Shown here: positions 29,991-48,160 of the stretch, in pieces
How positions within the stretch are numbered: position 1 is the first letter of the stretch
Layout: every line of letters starts with the position of its first letter
Source: Pristiophorus japonicus
Lineage: Eukaryota
Assembly: GCF_044704955.1 (NCBI RefSeq)
Contig: NC_091980.1
Span: 129,208,001 to 129,272,000 of the forward strand
Length of the DNA: 64,000 bases
Direction of reading: 5' to 3'
The notes under the pieces: model-generated
What the model saw: the letters and a program-made list of their open reading frames with translations, nothing else
What the model was told of the DNA's origin: nothing
Databases searched by the model: none
Position numbers and translations under genes: made by a program

Positions 29991-32924
29991 AACTAACAGT
30001 TCTCGCTTGGCATCCCATGGAATTGTACCTGCTCTGGGAAGAGCAGTTGGTATCCAGCACACTGCTAAAGATCCCATTAGGTTATTACTGGGAAGTTGCT
30101 CAGTAACCAAGCTCACGGCTGCTGCTGCAGACTTTCTGATCAGCTTTGTGAGCTGAGATGCAAATAATTGCTGTACAGACCAGCAGTGTCTGAGCTAACT
30201 GAACTTATCCTGGGGGCTGGAATGTGGTGTTGGAGAATCAATTGTTAGCGGCTTGCTCTCCACAAGAATGGGAGCAAGATACAGCCCACGAGTCAGCTCC
30301 GCCATTCAATAAGATCATGGCTGACCTTCAAACTCAACCCCACTTTCCTGCCTGATCTTCATATCACTTGTTTCCCCTAGAATCCAAAAATCTTTCGATC
30401 TCAGCCTTGAGTATACTCAACGGTTCAGCATCTCCAGCTCCTGGGGGCTAAAGAATTCAAAAGATCTTTTAGTGTGGAAAGTGAGGATAGTTTATTGTGC
30501 TTGATCCTGACACCCCGCCTTGCCAGCCACCCCCGCATCCCCCCACCCCTCCCAACTCTTGGTTGCCTATCCTGCCATCACTCACTGTCTAGGCTCCCAC
30601 ACGAGTAAGGAATTGGGTAAGGTATTGAAGGGTGAGGAATAGGTGTGGAACTGTACTCCAACAAAATATCCATCTATAAGGAGTAAATGTATTTCATTAA
30701 ATACACTAAGCTAAACACCAAAGTTAAATAGATACTCGTCCCGAAAATCTCACTTTTTCCATCCCCCCACCACCACGCCCCCACCCACCACCATCCCCAC
30801 AGGCCTGTTCCTTCAGTGTATAAACCCAATACCAGCAGCTCCTCCAGAACTGTATTGATTGATATTCAGGCCCATTGTGCATTTCATACCAAATAGCAAT
30901 TGTCCTTTCCAAATCCTATTGGATTCCCATGTGTCTACTTCATCCCAGGAATGAATTCAAATATTGATGATGCTGCCGCTAGCAATAATCCAGTGTTTAC
31001 TGATTAATTTATAGAACTTGGCTGAGAACTGCAGTGCGTGCAATGAAATTGCTGTCTTCAGCTGTTCCATGTTAATGTCTTTGCATCTTGGCAAGGCATT
31101 TTTGGGGTTTCGATATCACCACATTTCACACGTTGAGCTGCAATTCTACCAGTCGGGTTGGGTTTGCAGTTGATGTGTTCAGCAGCTTCACGTTTCAGAC
31201 AAAAGAGTCTTCAGCTCACTCGATGTGAAACATTTTGCAGGCGTCCATGATTTAAGAATTACATAGAATTTACAGCATTAAAAAAGGCCATTTGGCCCAA
31301 TGGGTCCATGCCGGTGTTTATGCTCCACACGAGCTCCTCCCACCCCTCTTCATCTCAACCCATCCGAATATCCTTCTATTCCTTTCTCCCTCATGTGTTA
31401 CCTAACTTCTCCTTAAATGCATCGATGATAGATAGATATTCCTGATAGATGTAATCTCTCAGTTCTGCTATCATCCTTGTAAATAATTTTTGCTCCTTCT
31501 CCAGTGCCTCTATATCCCTTCTGTGAAATTCTTCTGAGAGCAGAGAAGACTAAGAGGAGATTGGATAGAGGTGTTGAGATAGAGTAAATAAAGAGAAACT
31601 GTTCCAATGGTCGAAGGGTCGATAACCAGAGTGTGCAGATTTAAGGTGATTGGCAAAAGAACCAGAGGTGACACGAGGGAAACTTTTTTACATAACAAGT
31701 GGTTATGATCTGGAATGCACGGCTTGATAGGGTGGTAGATACAGATTCAATAGTAGCCTTCAGTGTGGATATGGATAAATACTTGAAGGAGAAAAAATTA
31801 CAGTGACATGGGGAAAGAGCGGGGGAGTGGGAATAACTGGATTGCTCTCCGAAAGAGTCGGCGCAGACTCGATGGGCCGAATGGCCTCCTTCTATGCTGT
31901 ACTATTCCATGAATCTATCTGACTCTATGGAGACCAGACTGTGCACTGTACTCCAAGTATAGACTAACCCAGGCTCTATACACATTGAACATGCTGAACT
32001 CGGATATGCTTCAGCTACAAGCACTCCCCACACTGAGGTCAGAACTGCACTAATGGTTAACTGTTTGCATCTCACACAATATACCCGCTCAATGTTCACC
32101 CCACTCCATGACGATACGTTTCCGACAGTCTGACCACAAAGGAGCACAGCCCTGGGGGCAGCTCCCTGAGTGGGCTGGAAATTACACGTCTGTTTGTCTG
32201 GAAGAGAAATTTCTGTCTTTACATTCAAAGGGATTGTGTGATGGGGAAAATTATTGAAAGGAAGGTCAAGTCTAATGGGTCTCGCTTCCAAAGAATCTGA
32301 TAATGACAATGACTAACTCTGGTGTAGGTTCCATAACACATAAAGATGTTTCCGATTAATTTATTCAATCTTTTGTATATTAAATCATGGGATGTGGACA
32401 TCGCTGGAAAGGCCAGCATTTATTGCCCATCCCTAGTTGCCCTTGAAAAATGAAAGACTTGCATTTATATAGCGCCTTCCACAACCACTGGACTTCTCAA
32501 ACGTTTTACAGCCAATGAAGTTGTACTGTGGGAAACACAGCTGTCAAATTTACGCACAGCAAGCTCCCACAAACAGCAATGTGATAATGACCAGATAATG
32601 TTTTTGTTATGTTGATTGAGGGATAAATATTGGCCCCAGGACACTGGGGAGAACTCCCCTGCTCTTCTTAGAAACAGTGCCATGGGATCTTTTTGAATCG
32701 CTGAAGTCTATGTGGTGAAGGTGCTCCCACAGCGCTGTTAGGGAGGGAGTTCCAGGATATTGATCCAGCGACGATAAAGGAACAATTGTAGGAAAAGTCA
32801 TCAAATAGCAAAGGATGCATCTCAGCTCCTTGAGCTTTTTGAAAATAGCAAATTATCATTTCATTCACCTGAGAACGTTAAACAACGAGACATTTTCAGA
32901 TTCGAGGGAGGTCAAGGAACCCAA

Positions 32925-33204
32925 AGACAGTGACATCACCGAGACTGATCTCCCAAACCTGCCTGTTATCCAAAGCTCTGATTGGCTCTGGGTCTCGACC
33001 CCGCCCCACATTCCCTCTTCTTTGTTAATTGGTGCCTGGAATCAGGGAAGATTCCTAACTGGCTCTCAGGGATTGTCAATCATCATTGGTGATGTCACTC
33101 CCTGTTTGAATGCAGACTGTCCCAGTAGTATAAATACAGGAGCATGTGTGAGAAAGGGTCAGTGCTAGAACTGTGTAGGTGATAGTGTAATTTAGATAGC
33201 GAAG
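32925..33204 (+). promoter_or_regulatory. Promoter and 5' UTR of ferritin D: TATA, CCAAT, GC box, two CRE/AP-1-like TGACATCA sites
   Basis: TGACATCA 32931-32938, GATTGG ~32980, CCCCGCCCC ~33000, TGATGTCA 33090-33097, TATAAATA 33129-33136. Homologous to the promoters of E and F. Confidence 0.65.
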
Positions 33205-37748
<4,544 letters not shown>

Positions 37749-37886
37749 AGCTTGTGTTTATATAATTGTGAGCTTATACTGTAGAGAATGTCAGCTTGTC
37801 TTTGTGCAGGCTGTGATGTGAAATGCAATTAACTGTAAATAAACTGTCCAATATTGGACTAGGTTGTCTCCTTGTAAATTTGAGTG

Positions 37887-38485
37887 GTTGCTTATTGTCA
37901 GAAGGAGGGAGCCGGGCGGGGAAGGAGGGAGGCGGCCGGTGGGAAGGGAGGGAACCGACCGAGCGCGGGTGGTGGGAAGGGAATGGAGCCGTTCCAGACG
38001 GCTGGAGGGAAAGAGAGAAGGCTGCAGGAAGCCTCAGAAATTGAGGAGCCATTTCCCGACGGCAAAAGGGGGAGGTCGCCGGGAAACGGCTGCATCAACT
38101 TTGAGGCTTCCTGCACCCTTCGCACTGCTGCAAGAAGCCTCTGTGCTGATGGCAATGTACTTTCATTAAAAAATGTTCAAAAACTAAACAGCTACAAAGA
38201 ACTACAAAAATGGCCGAGTGCCAATGTTTTTTTCACACTGAGCATGCGCGAATGCTCCAACGCGCACGTGCAGCGTTGCCGGCAGGAAAAAAACTAATTT
38301 AAATAGTACCCGCCCCCTCCCACTTACAAAATCGGCGCGAGTGTAGGCTCCGCCCCCCTGGGCGCCGCGCCAAACAGACAAGGAGCTGCAGGGCTCTCCA
38401 GAATCGCGAGTTTTGTTTTAGGCGCGAAAAACGGGTGCCCAGCGCGGAGGGGCGCCCATTTTTTATCATGTGGAAACTTGGGCCC
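37887..38485. mobile_element. GC-rich non-autonomous element fragment inserted just after the ferritin D poly(A) region
   Basis: Abrupt switch to CpG-rich sequence ending ATCATGTGGAAACTTGGGCCC; absent at the homologous position of copy F. Confidence 0.55.
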
Positions 38486-39184
38486 TTAGTGTTGCATGTT
38501 GAAGATCTAACTTTAATTCTGTTTATACCTTGGGAGCCATTTATCATCTTGCAGTTAAATGTTTGTGTTGCAATGAGAGGTGGAGAGAAATGCTGTAACA
38601 ACAACTTGCTGATTTTTTTTGTATAGCTCCTTTTTAAACATAAATGGTCCGAAGGCATTTTGCAGGTGTGTCTCTAAATAGAGACCAGAAAGATAACTAA
38701 ACTTGTGGTCAAACAGGAAGGTTTTAAGGGAGTGTCTTACAGGAGGGTGAACGGAAGCGAATTGGCAGGGTGTGAACTCTAAGCTTGGGCCAAAGTAATT
38801 CCTTCCACTGGTGATAGATATTCTTTCTGCTCCATGCATCAATGGTAACTCTTTTTAATCTTTCAATACAATAAGCTCTCAGCTGTTGTAATTTTGTTAA
38901 AATGCAAGGAGTGTGCCAAAGAATTACAGTCGAACCATTTCATTGCCAGGAAGAATTCAATTTCAAGAATGGTAACTGCTCTGGGAAGAACAGTTTATAT
39001 ATTAATTGGAAGTAAGCTTCCACTACTCCCACTGTATAGGTCCTGTGGGATATACTGCACGTTGCTCATGGAACCAAACTCCATGCTGCTGCTGCAGACT
39101 TGTTGGTCAGTTTTGGGGGTGAAGTCAGACTTTGGAGAGACCAGCAATGTGGGAGCTCCGTGAAGCCAGAGTACTACGTTGGTG

Positions 39185-39736
39185 GTGGTCTCAAATCACC
39201 CCACCCCCCCCCATCATTTCTAGACCCAGGAATTATAGTAGTGAACAGAATACTCAGTTACAGACAGATCTTTTGGTCTCAACCGTCACAATGCTTTTAT
39301 TCAAGTTACTGAAGATTGCATAGTAAGAAGTCTTTGCCGACATTCGGGGTGTGGCAAGCAGGTCCTACAGAATTCAACGAACCCCCAAATTGAGAACTAC
39401 CGCTAACGGACCAGAAAGGATTGGTAAGCATAGTCCCTGTCTGTCCTGGAGTCTAACCTAGCTAGAATTAGGTATTGGGAGGTGTAATTTTACTGTTAAA
39501 CCCCACCCCCCTCCCTTGAATGTGTAATGTATTGTTCTTTATTAGAGTGATTAGTTTGACATTGTATTTTCTTGAGTGTAATAAAATCGAAGTTCTTTTG
39601 CATCAAACCAGTGTCCTTTGCACTTTGTCACATCCCCTAAATAAATCCAGAGTTTAGAACCCAAGGGAATGGGAGCAATTCAAACCGCTCAAGTTGGGCA
39701 GAGGTGAACCTGACCCCTGGGACCACCCCCTTATAT
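39185..39736. mobile_element. LTR-like fragments interrupting a Gypsy gag
   Basis: AATAAA ~39580 and a CCCCCTTATA end abutting truncated gag; an opposite-strand AATAAA at ~39296-39301. Confidence 0.4.
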
Positions 39737-40201
39737 AGTGTGCACAAATCATCGTATGATTTCTCCTTGGGTTTCGCTGGAGTGAGCCGATTCTTCATGA
39801 GGCCATACGATGATGCCTCGCAGAGGGTGAGGAGGATGGCCCTTTGTTTGGCAGCGCTCTCTTCCCCATCTAGTTTGTTGGCCACGAAGTAGTGGTCGAG
39901 TCGCTCCACAAAAGTTTCCCAATCATCTCTCTCCAGGATGCCCACTGTTTTCTGCATCTTTGGGTTCACTATCTGTATCTCATCGCCAGTTGCTGTGTAT
40001 GGAGAAAGAGTCAGACTGAACATATGAGCTCAAAGTAAAATGTGACCTTTGTCTTTTATTGCAGGTCTCCAGAGTGCCTCTCCAACCTGTGAAGCCTCCT
40101 TAAATACCTGTGCTCCCAAGGAATTATTGGATTCCTTGGGACTCCAGGGGAAGAGCCCTCTGGTGGCTGTACAGAGTAAATACAAGTCCACATATATAAC
40201 A
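39737..40201 (-). mobile_element. Gypsy 5' fragment: LTR 39991-40201, PBS and gag start; same family as 1858-4355
   Basis: LTR matches 4144-4355 in reverse. PBS TGGCGATGAG; gag DWETFVERLDHYFVANKL...RAILLTLC. Confidence 0.88.
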
Positions 40202-40217
40202 TCCCACACTAACCAAT

Positions 40218-43200
40218 TGTGATAGTCACGGAGCACAAGGCACAAATGTTTTTAAGATAGAGCAGCTTTCTGGAACTCTCTGTGGAAGCTGCTTCTTGTC
40301 AGGTTTATTAAACACTCTGGTGCAGTAACACAAGATGCCCAATTGGTTGAGCTACAGACATTACATTTCTCCCTCCTTAATGAAGAAGTTATTATAACAA
40401 CAATCATCACACATAACTTGCATGGTTATACGTAACAAAGGATATGAACTTATTTTGCCGTATTTACAAATTAAACTTATTCACTTGTTTTCTGTTTCGA
40501 AGAGGATACTTTTGCTCTCAAATAGAACCTTCCAAACATGGTATTGAACTTAAACTCAATCGAGGCTGATCCTGAGGAACGTTTTCCTCTAAGGGCCCTT
40601 AATTTCCATTTGAACTCTCTCTATCTTCAGGCTGTTTGTTTTCCCAACTCGGACTCAGATTAAATTATGATTTTTCTCTTGAATTTGTTTCCAGTACATT
40701 AGGTGTAGGATATGCTACTGGTGTATCAAAACTGTCTGATGAGTCAGAAATAATTAAATCATTCCCACCTTCAACTCCTTCCATGTCTGAAGGTAAAATA
40801 TGATCAATGTGAACAAACCTAACCTATCAAACATCTTGACCAAATATCTTCACCAATCTTCCGAATAACCACTTTACCCATTTATAGTGATGGTCCTTCA
40901 TGCTCACCACCTGATTTAATTTCACACTTCTTTCTTTTACTCTACCTCTATCATGATTTTCTTTCTGTCTTAATTGTATCTCTTCTACAGACTGTGCCAA
41001 ATTTGGTTTGAACAATGAGAATCTGGTTTGTGGCTGTCGTTTGAAAAACAACGTTGCTGGTGTTCTACCAGTAGTTGTATGAGAAATATTACGGAATGTA
41101 ATTAGAAAATTAGCCAATTTGTGATCGAATGACAACTGTCATTTCTTTGGATTTGGATCCAACATTTGTTTGATGAGGGCACGTTTTACAATTTGTAGAG
41201 TGTGCTCTGCTGCACCATTTGAAGCAGGGTGGTACGGTGTTTCACATCATTTTTGCTCGTGAACTGTGCAAATTTTTCTGAATGAAATTGTGGTCCATTA
41301 TCAGAAACAATTTCTTCTGGGAGGCCAAATGAAGAAATTAAACTTTGCAAAATGTCGAATGTTTTACTTGTTGTAATTTTCCACATTGGAAACACCTCGA
41401 GCCACTTCAAATGGCTATCAATCACAATGAACAATTATTATCCTTCTAGCTCAGCAAAATCAATATGTAGCCTTTGCCACACCTTGGAAGGCCATTTCCA
41501 TTGCTGTAATGGTACTGATGGTGGTTGCTTGCTTAACGATTGACGTGTCGTACACTGACTCACGATGTACTCTATATCTTTATCAAGACCTGGCTACCAT
41601 AAGTAACTACGTGCAAAACTCTTGGTCGAGCACATTCCCAAGTGCTGGTCATGGAGGTCTGTTAATAATTTGGACCTGAATTTATTTGGTATAACCACTC
41701 TTGCACCCCACATCATACAATCTTTATCGACTGATAATTCATTCCTATGAAAGAAGAATGGGTGAATATCTTTGTCTTTTACTGGTTTGGGCATCCATTT
41801 GCAATATGCTCATACACATTTGACATCACTGGGTCATATTTGGTTGCTCTACCAATCTCCTCAACTGTGACTGGCAGTTCATCATTGTATGAAAAATAAA
41901 ACACTTCTTCCCTATTGGGTGTAACTTGTGATGGGGAAGTCAATCTAGACATAGCATCAGCATTACTGTGATCAGCTGATCGTCTGTATTCAATATCATA
42001 TGTATATGCTGATAAAATCAAAGCCCATTTCTGCGTTCGGGTTGTAGCTAATGTTGGAACTGGGGACTTTGGATGGAGGATTGCTGTCAGGGTCTTATAG
42101 TCCGTAACGATGGTAAAGTTACCACCATACAAGTATTTGTAAAACTTCTTGACCCCAAAAATTAATGTAAAGCTTCCCTTTCAATTTGTGCATAATTACT
42201 CTCACTGGCACTGAGAGTGCATGAAGCAAAAGCAATTGGTCTCTCCTCCCAACTATATGCTACATGAGAGATCACTGCCCCAACTCCATACGGAAAGACA
42301 TCACATGCTAGCTTGATTTCCTGAGATACTTCATAGTGAACTAACATGGTGCTCTCTACCAAGTTGCTTTTACACTCCTTGAATGCTGTATCGCATTCTT
42401 CTGACCACTTCCAATGGATCTGTTTTTTCAATAGTTCATTCAGTGGATGTAATACTGTCGACAAATTTGGTAGGAACTTCCCATAATAGTTCAAAAGACC
42501 CAAAAATGATGGAAGTTCAGTGACATTCTTGGGAGTGGGTGCATTTCTGATTGCATCCAGCTTTGCCATGGTTAGATATAAACCATCTTTGTCTACTCTG
42601 TACCCCAAGTACTCCACTGAGTTTTTAAATAACTCACACTTACGAGCAGACACTCGTACTCTGTGCTTCTCTAGCCATTTGAGGACTTCATTTAATATGT
42701 TATTATGAATTTGCCTATTTGGTGCTGTTATCAGAATATCATCTAAATAACATTATACCCCTTCAATACCTTGCAAAATCTGGTTCATCACCCCTTGGAA
42801 TATGGCAGGAGCAGAAGATACTCCAAACGGTAGCCTATTCAATTGATATGGGCCTAGATGAGTATTTATAGTCAAGCATGACTTGGACTCCTCATCTAGT
42901 TCAAGCTGTAAGTAGGCATTCGTAAGATCCAACTTTGAGAAGATCTGACCACCTTTCAGTGTTGTGAACACATCTTCTACATTTGGCAATGTATTGGGGA
43001 TATTACCCTCTAGAACCTGGTTTACGGTTACTTTATAATCACCACACAATCGTATCTTACCATCAGACTTAGGTATAACAACAATGGGTGTAGCCCAATT
43101 ACATCGATCTATCTTAGAAATAATGTTTTCAGTTTCTAGTCTTTTGAGTTCTTGCTCAATTTTCTCCTTGAGTGCATATGGTATGGAACTTGGCTTGTAG

Positions 43201-44869
43201 TAAACCGATCTAGCGTCCTTCTGCACCCTGACACTCGCTTTGAAGCCTTGGATCGGACTGCCCGTTTTCCAGAACACCTTTGGATAATTCTTGATGACCT
43301 CATCCGTTGATGCAAATTTCATTTCAACACGAAAAATCTTACTCCACTACAACTTCAGTGATCCCAACCAATTTCTTCCTAAAAAGGCAGGCTTGTCTCC
43401 TGCCACTGCTATTAGAGGCAAGCTCAGAACTTGATCCTTGTATTTCATTGATACGGTGATACAACCTACCACAGAAATGTTCTCTCCCAAGTAGCCTCGC
43501 AGCTCTATCTTGGATTTCTCCAGTTGGAAATCACACAATTTGTCGAGGTATAGTGACTCCGGTACTACACTCACGGATGCACCCGTGTCGATTTCCATGG
43601 GTATCTTGAATCCCACAACATCTATGTGGATTATGATACTTTTCGAATCGCTGTCCGTTAACCTCGTGCTCCAGATGACGTTTAACTCTAACATCTCCTC
43701 GTCCTGTTTTTGTTTTTCCATGCTGTGTAGTATCTGGGGATTTTTACTCATAGCTTTGAAAGCTGAACAAATAGTTTTGAAAACTGGTTTACCATTTTTT
43801 CGGCATGGCTTCGCAAGCTGTCCAGATTTCCTGCAGAAGAAACACTCTGCCTTCACATTTGGACAACTTTGAGCAATGTAATGTCCCAGGCTCTGATAGC
43901 AGGATGTCAATGCTCTCTTACAATTTCTAGTTTCTGAGACTTTGGGCCTGCACCGCCTTTTACTTTGAACCTGCAGGCGATTAACCTTGGTTGTCTGGCG
44001 ACTGAAAATAATAGAAATTCTCATGAATATTGGTCGGCCATGCTCATCGACCTAGATGTCTGACAAGCTATATCAAAGGTCAAGTCAGACATTGTCAATA
44101 ACTTTCTTCTGATCACGAACAAAATGGTCCCACAATGCTCGGTTCTGAAAGTTTCAAAAATTACAGCGAATAGATAGCTTTTTTAATGCTACAATGTATT
44201 CACTGATATTTTCATCAGCCTTTTGACTTCATAAACCGAAACGATAGCTTTCTGCAATTTCCAAGGGTATGGGGTTGTCATGCTGTGAAAATCTCCTCAA
44301 GCATTGTGTCCTTTGACCGGCAGGCACAAGCAAATTTATCAGCGTTTTATACAACTCAGGCCCAGCTTCAGTTAAGAAAATAATTTTCTTTTCCATCACC
44401 GCCCCGTTCTGGTCTGCATTCTCTGGGACTTTGATTATGCTATTTGCAGCAAAATACATTTCTAGCCAATCCACATATGCTTTGAACCTTTCCCGGTCAT
44501 GTTTATATTCCCTGAAATGTCACATCACTCCCATAGTTGCAGCCATTTTAACTCTGGCAGTTCAACAGTGTGCTCATAATTTACCTCAAATTTGTAGCTG
44601 TAATTAAAATACAAAAACTCTCAAAGTCTCTCTGTCAGCTGGCTGAATCATTCACCAACAAAAATTTCAGCTTTGTTTTATCCGATTATCCCATTCGTTG
44701 CCACCATTTGTGATAGATTCACAAATCACACAGCACACAAGCTTTTACGATGGAGCAGCTTTCTGGAACTCTCTGTAGAAGCTGTCTCTTGTCAGGTGAC
44801 TTGACTGTTTATTAAACACTCTGCTGCAATAACACAATATGTCCACAGTGTGGAGCTACAGACATTACA
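40218..44869 (-). mobile_element. Full-length but degenerate Gypsy (Mag-like) element with both LTRs
   Basis: LTRs 44709-44869 and 40218-40365; PBS TGGTGGCAACGAATGGGAT (tRNA-Leu-like); PPT AAGGAGGGAGAAA. Gag, protease IDTGASVS, RT YLDD, RNase H ACD..PYGVGAVISH, integrase IVSDNGPQF. TSD CCAAT (40213-17) / CCACT (44870-74). Confidence 0.93.
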
Positions 44870-47800
44870 CCACTGAAGCTGTGACAGCAAGCTGATGCCA
44901 TCTGTTGCTTTCCCTCCTCACCCAATTGTAGTGCCCAGAGTTCCATGTGCTGAGATATTGCTTGTCTGCCTACAAAGCTTAATAGAAAGCCGATAGCAGC
45001 AGTGGTGAGTCCAGTTACTGAACTACCTGAATAACTGAACAGGATCTGTAGCAGCTATTGAATACAAACTGCTCTTCACAGGGCTGATACACTAAATAGG
45101 AAGCTAATCCAGGACTTTTTCTTCACTGCACTGAAATGGTGCAACATTAATTTACTGGCAAAAACCCTCTATGTTTAACAAATGTCACATCTTGTTGGAT
45201 TGAATTGTCATTTAAGCAAGGGCAGATAGTTGGAACAGTTAATTTTATACAGCTTCTAAGTCCCAAGCTCTGGAGATCCCTCCCTAAACATCACTGTACT
45301 TCCTTAATACATACCTCTGACCAGGCTTTTGGTCACTGGGCCAATATCCCATTGGGTTGTCAGTTGTCCGAACACACCCTTGAACATTTTAGATCTTACA
45401 ACAGGTGCCAGACTATCTCAGTCGATACATCAACATTACACGAGAGGAAAACACATTTCATAGGACTGAATCCCATATAACTGTTGCACAGCTCAGTGCA
45501 ACTCTTGTTTGGTGTAAACCAAGTTATGTTAAATGAAAAATAAGCAACCACTCAAACTTACAAGGAGACAAAACCCAGTCCAATGTTGAACAGTTTATTT
45601 AGAGTGATGGGTCTCAGCTCTTTGTACAAAATCACAAGCCATCATTCCCTACAAGACAGGGGTCTGATTATATAAATACAAGTACGAAACACAATAAGTT
45701 TGATCCCATCAGTCAGTTTAGTAACTCTCCCCCATGGTGTGTTTATCAAACAGCTACTCTCCCATGCCATTCTTAGAGGCTCCCAGTCTCTTCAAATTGC
45801 TGATGTGATCTCCCAGCTTCTTAATCATCTTCACTTGTTCATCCAAGTAGTGAGTATCCAGGAAGTCACAAAACTGAAAGAGGAAAACGAGTTATGGCCA
45901 GTGCCAGATATCAAGCAACATCCGAACTTATCCCTCGAAAGTTGTGATTTTAATCCTCTTGGACTGGAGAAAAATCAAGTGGGGTAATTAAGATTGATGT
46001 AAATTTGCTCTAATGACGCTCCAACTCCTATACAATGGGTGCTTAGATCCTGGAAACACATTTATGTCCACAGGAGGCCAACCTCCCGGTCCTCTCCCCA
46101 AATAACTGAAGAACCCAGGAGAGATACTCCAACACAACACTATTGGGCAGAGATCTTTGGAATAGGCTCGAGGACAGCAATATTCCAACTTACCCAAAAA
46201 CCCACATGAGGAACTTACATGAGGGCCGGTGCTCCCGGTGGAGAATTTGTGCAGATCCAACAGACTCTGGTTCACATTCTTCTCCATCTGCAGAGCTCTC
46301 TGCATCGCCTCCAGACCATTGCTCCACTCATCCTGCTCTGGTTTCTGAAGAGGCAGTTTACTTACAATCAATTAATCAAAATATGAGAAAGTAGAAGGAA
46401 AACAGGTGAAAAAGCAACGAGACACCCAGAATATAGAATTACTGCATTCCACCACCAGAACCATGGAATAAAATTGGAACCAATTGCTTTAGAAAGTATT
46501 TAAAACAATCAGTCCATGGGGATCCTGAAAGAAGGCAAATCGTTTATTGAATCAAACCTTGATGTCAGACATGATGATCCGTCCTCCACGCTGATTCTGG
46601 AATTCCATCAGTTTCTCAGCGTGCTCACGTTCCTCATGTGACTGCTTCTTGAAGAACTCAGCAAAGTGACGCAGGGCAACATCATCCCAGTCAAAGTAAA
46701 AGGACTGCAAAGAGAATTTCAAACAGCTTTTTCAGACATTGATCTTCATATACAAGGCAAGATTATTTTTCCACTTAGTTAGCTAATTCTGAATCTTTCA
46801 AAAATAATTACCATTTGTTCACTAGCTAAAGTGCAATTCACTTCACTAATTGGAGTTGGATAGCCACTCCTTCCTATAACAGGATTAGAGATGTCCAGTA
46901 AAACTCAATTCTACTCCTGGACAAGTAATAGTTCCTGTCATTCACACAAGACATTAAACAGAGGCCCTGTCTGTCCTCCGGTGGATGTGAAAGATCTCAA
47001 GGAAGCGAGATTTACACTAGGCCTATATGCTCTAGAGTTTAGAAGAATCAAAGGTGGTCTCATTGAAACAAACTACAAAATTCTTACAGTGCTGGACAGG
47101 GTAGATGCAGGGAGGATGTTTCCCCTGGCTGGGGAGTCAAGAACCAGGGATCACAGTCTCAGGTTAAGGGGTCGGCCATTCAGGACTGAGTGGAGGAGAA
47201 ATTTCTTCCCTCAGATGGTGGTGAATCTTTGGAATTCACTACCCCAGAAGAGTATAATCAAGACAGATCAATAGATTATTCGATATTAAGGGAACAAAGC
47301 GATATGGAGACAGTGAACGAGGTGGAGATGAGGTAGAAGAAACGCTGTGATCTTATTGAATGATGGAGCAGGCTCGAGGGGCCAATGGCCTACTCCTTTG
47401 CTCTAGGTAATACTTCAGAGAGCAGAGGAGAACGCTGCAGTGTCCTGGCTAATATTTATCACTCAACCAACACCACTAAAACAGATGATCCGAACATTAT
47501 CTCATTGCAGTTTGTAGGAGCTTACTGTGCTCTAATTGGGTGCTGTGTTTCCTATATAACAGGTAACTACACTTAACTACTTCATTGACTACAAAGCACG
47601 TTGGGACATTCCAAGTTAGTGAAAGGCACAATAGAAATGATTATTCTTCCATTCTAATCCAAGTTTGGGCATGGAGTGAGAAAAATCCTCCACTCCAGTA
47701 GTTTACACAGCAATAGTGCAATAGAGATCTCAGCAGTGAGCAGGGCTCCAACACCAGGATTCTCAGTACTTCACCTCCAATTAATGAGAACACTAGTGAG

Positions 47801-48160
47801 GACCTGCCCACATTTCACTCACTACAGTCCTCCCACTGAAATTGAATGTTGTTTCAGGTCAACAGGCCCCTGACCAGGTTTGTGCTCTTCTGTCATACAC
47901 TCAGGCAGCAGCTGAGCTGGTTTCAGATATTAAACCTCAATAGAGGGAAGTTTTTACAGGAAGCAGTCCATTAAATCAACAAGATCCCCCTGCATTACAC
48001 ACCTGAAGTCCTCACTGCCCAAAGACTCTTCTCCCCCAGGGAAGGAAGTCCAGAGAAATACAGCTTAAAGCCGGTTCATCAAACTGGAGAATTGCCAACT
48101 TTTCAGAATGCAGCAACAAGGAATACAAGACTCATCATGGAGAGGTAAACATAGGAGGAA

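Noticed and set aside
33150-33175. CAGTGC in the 5' region of ferritin D as a possible IRE loop
   Set aside because: The flanks AGGGT and TAGAA cannot form the 5-bp upper stem and there is no bulged C. The homologous position in E reads CAATAC.
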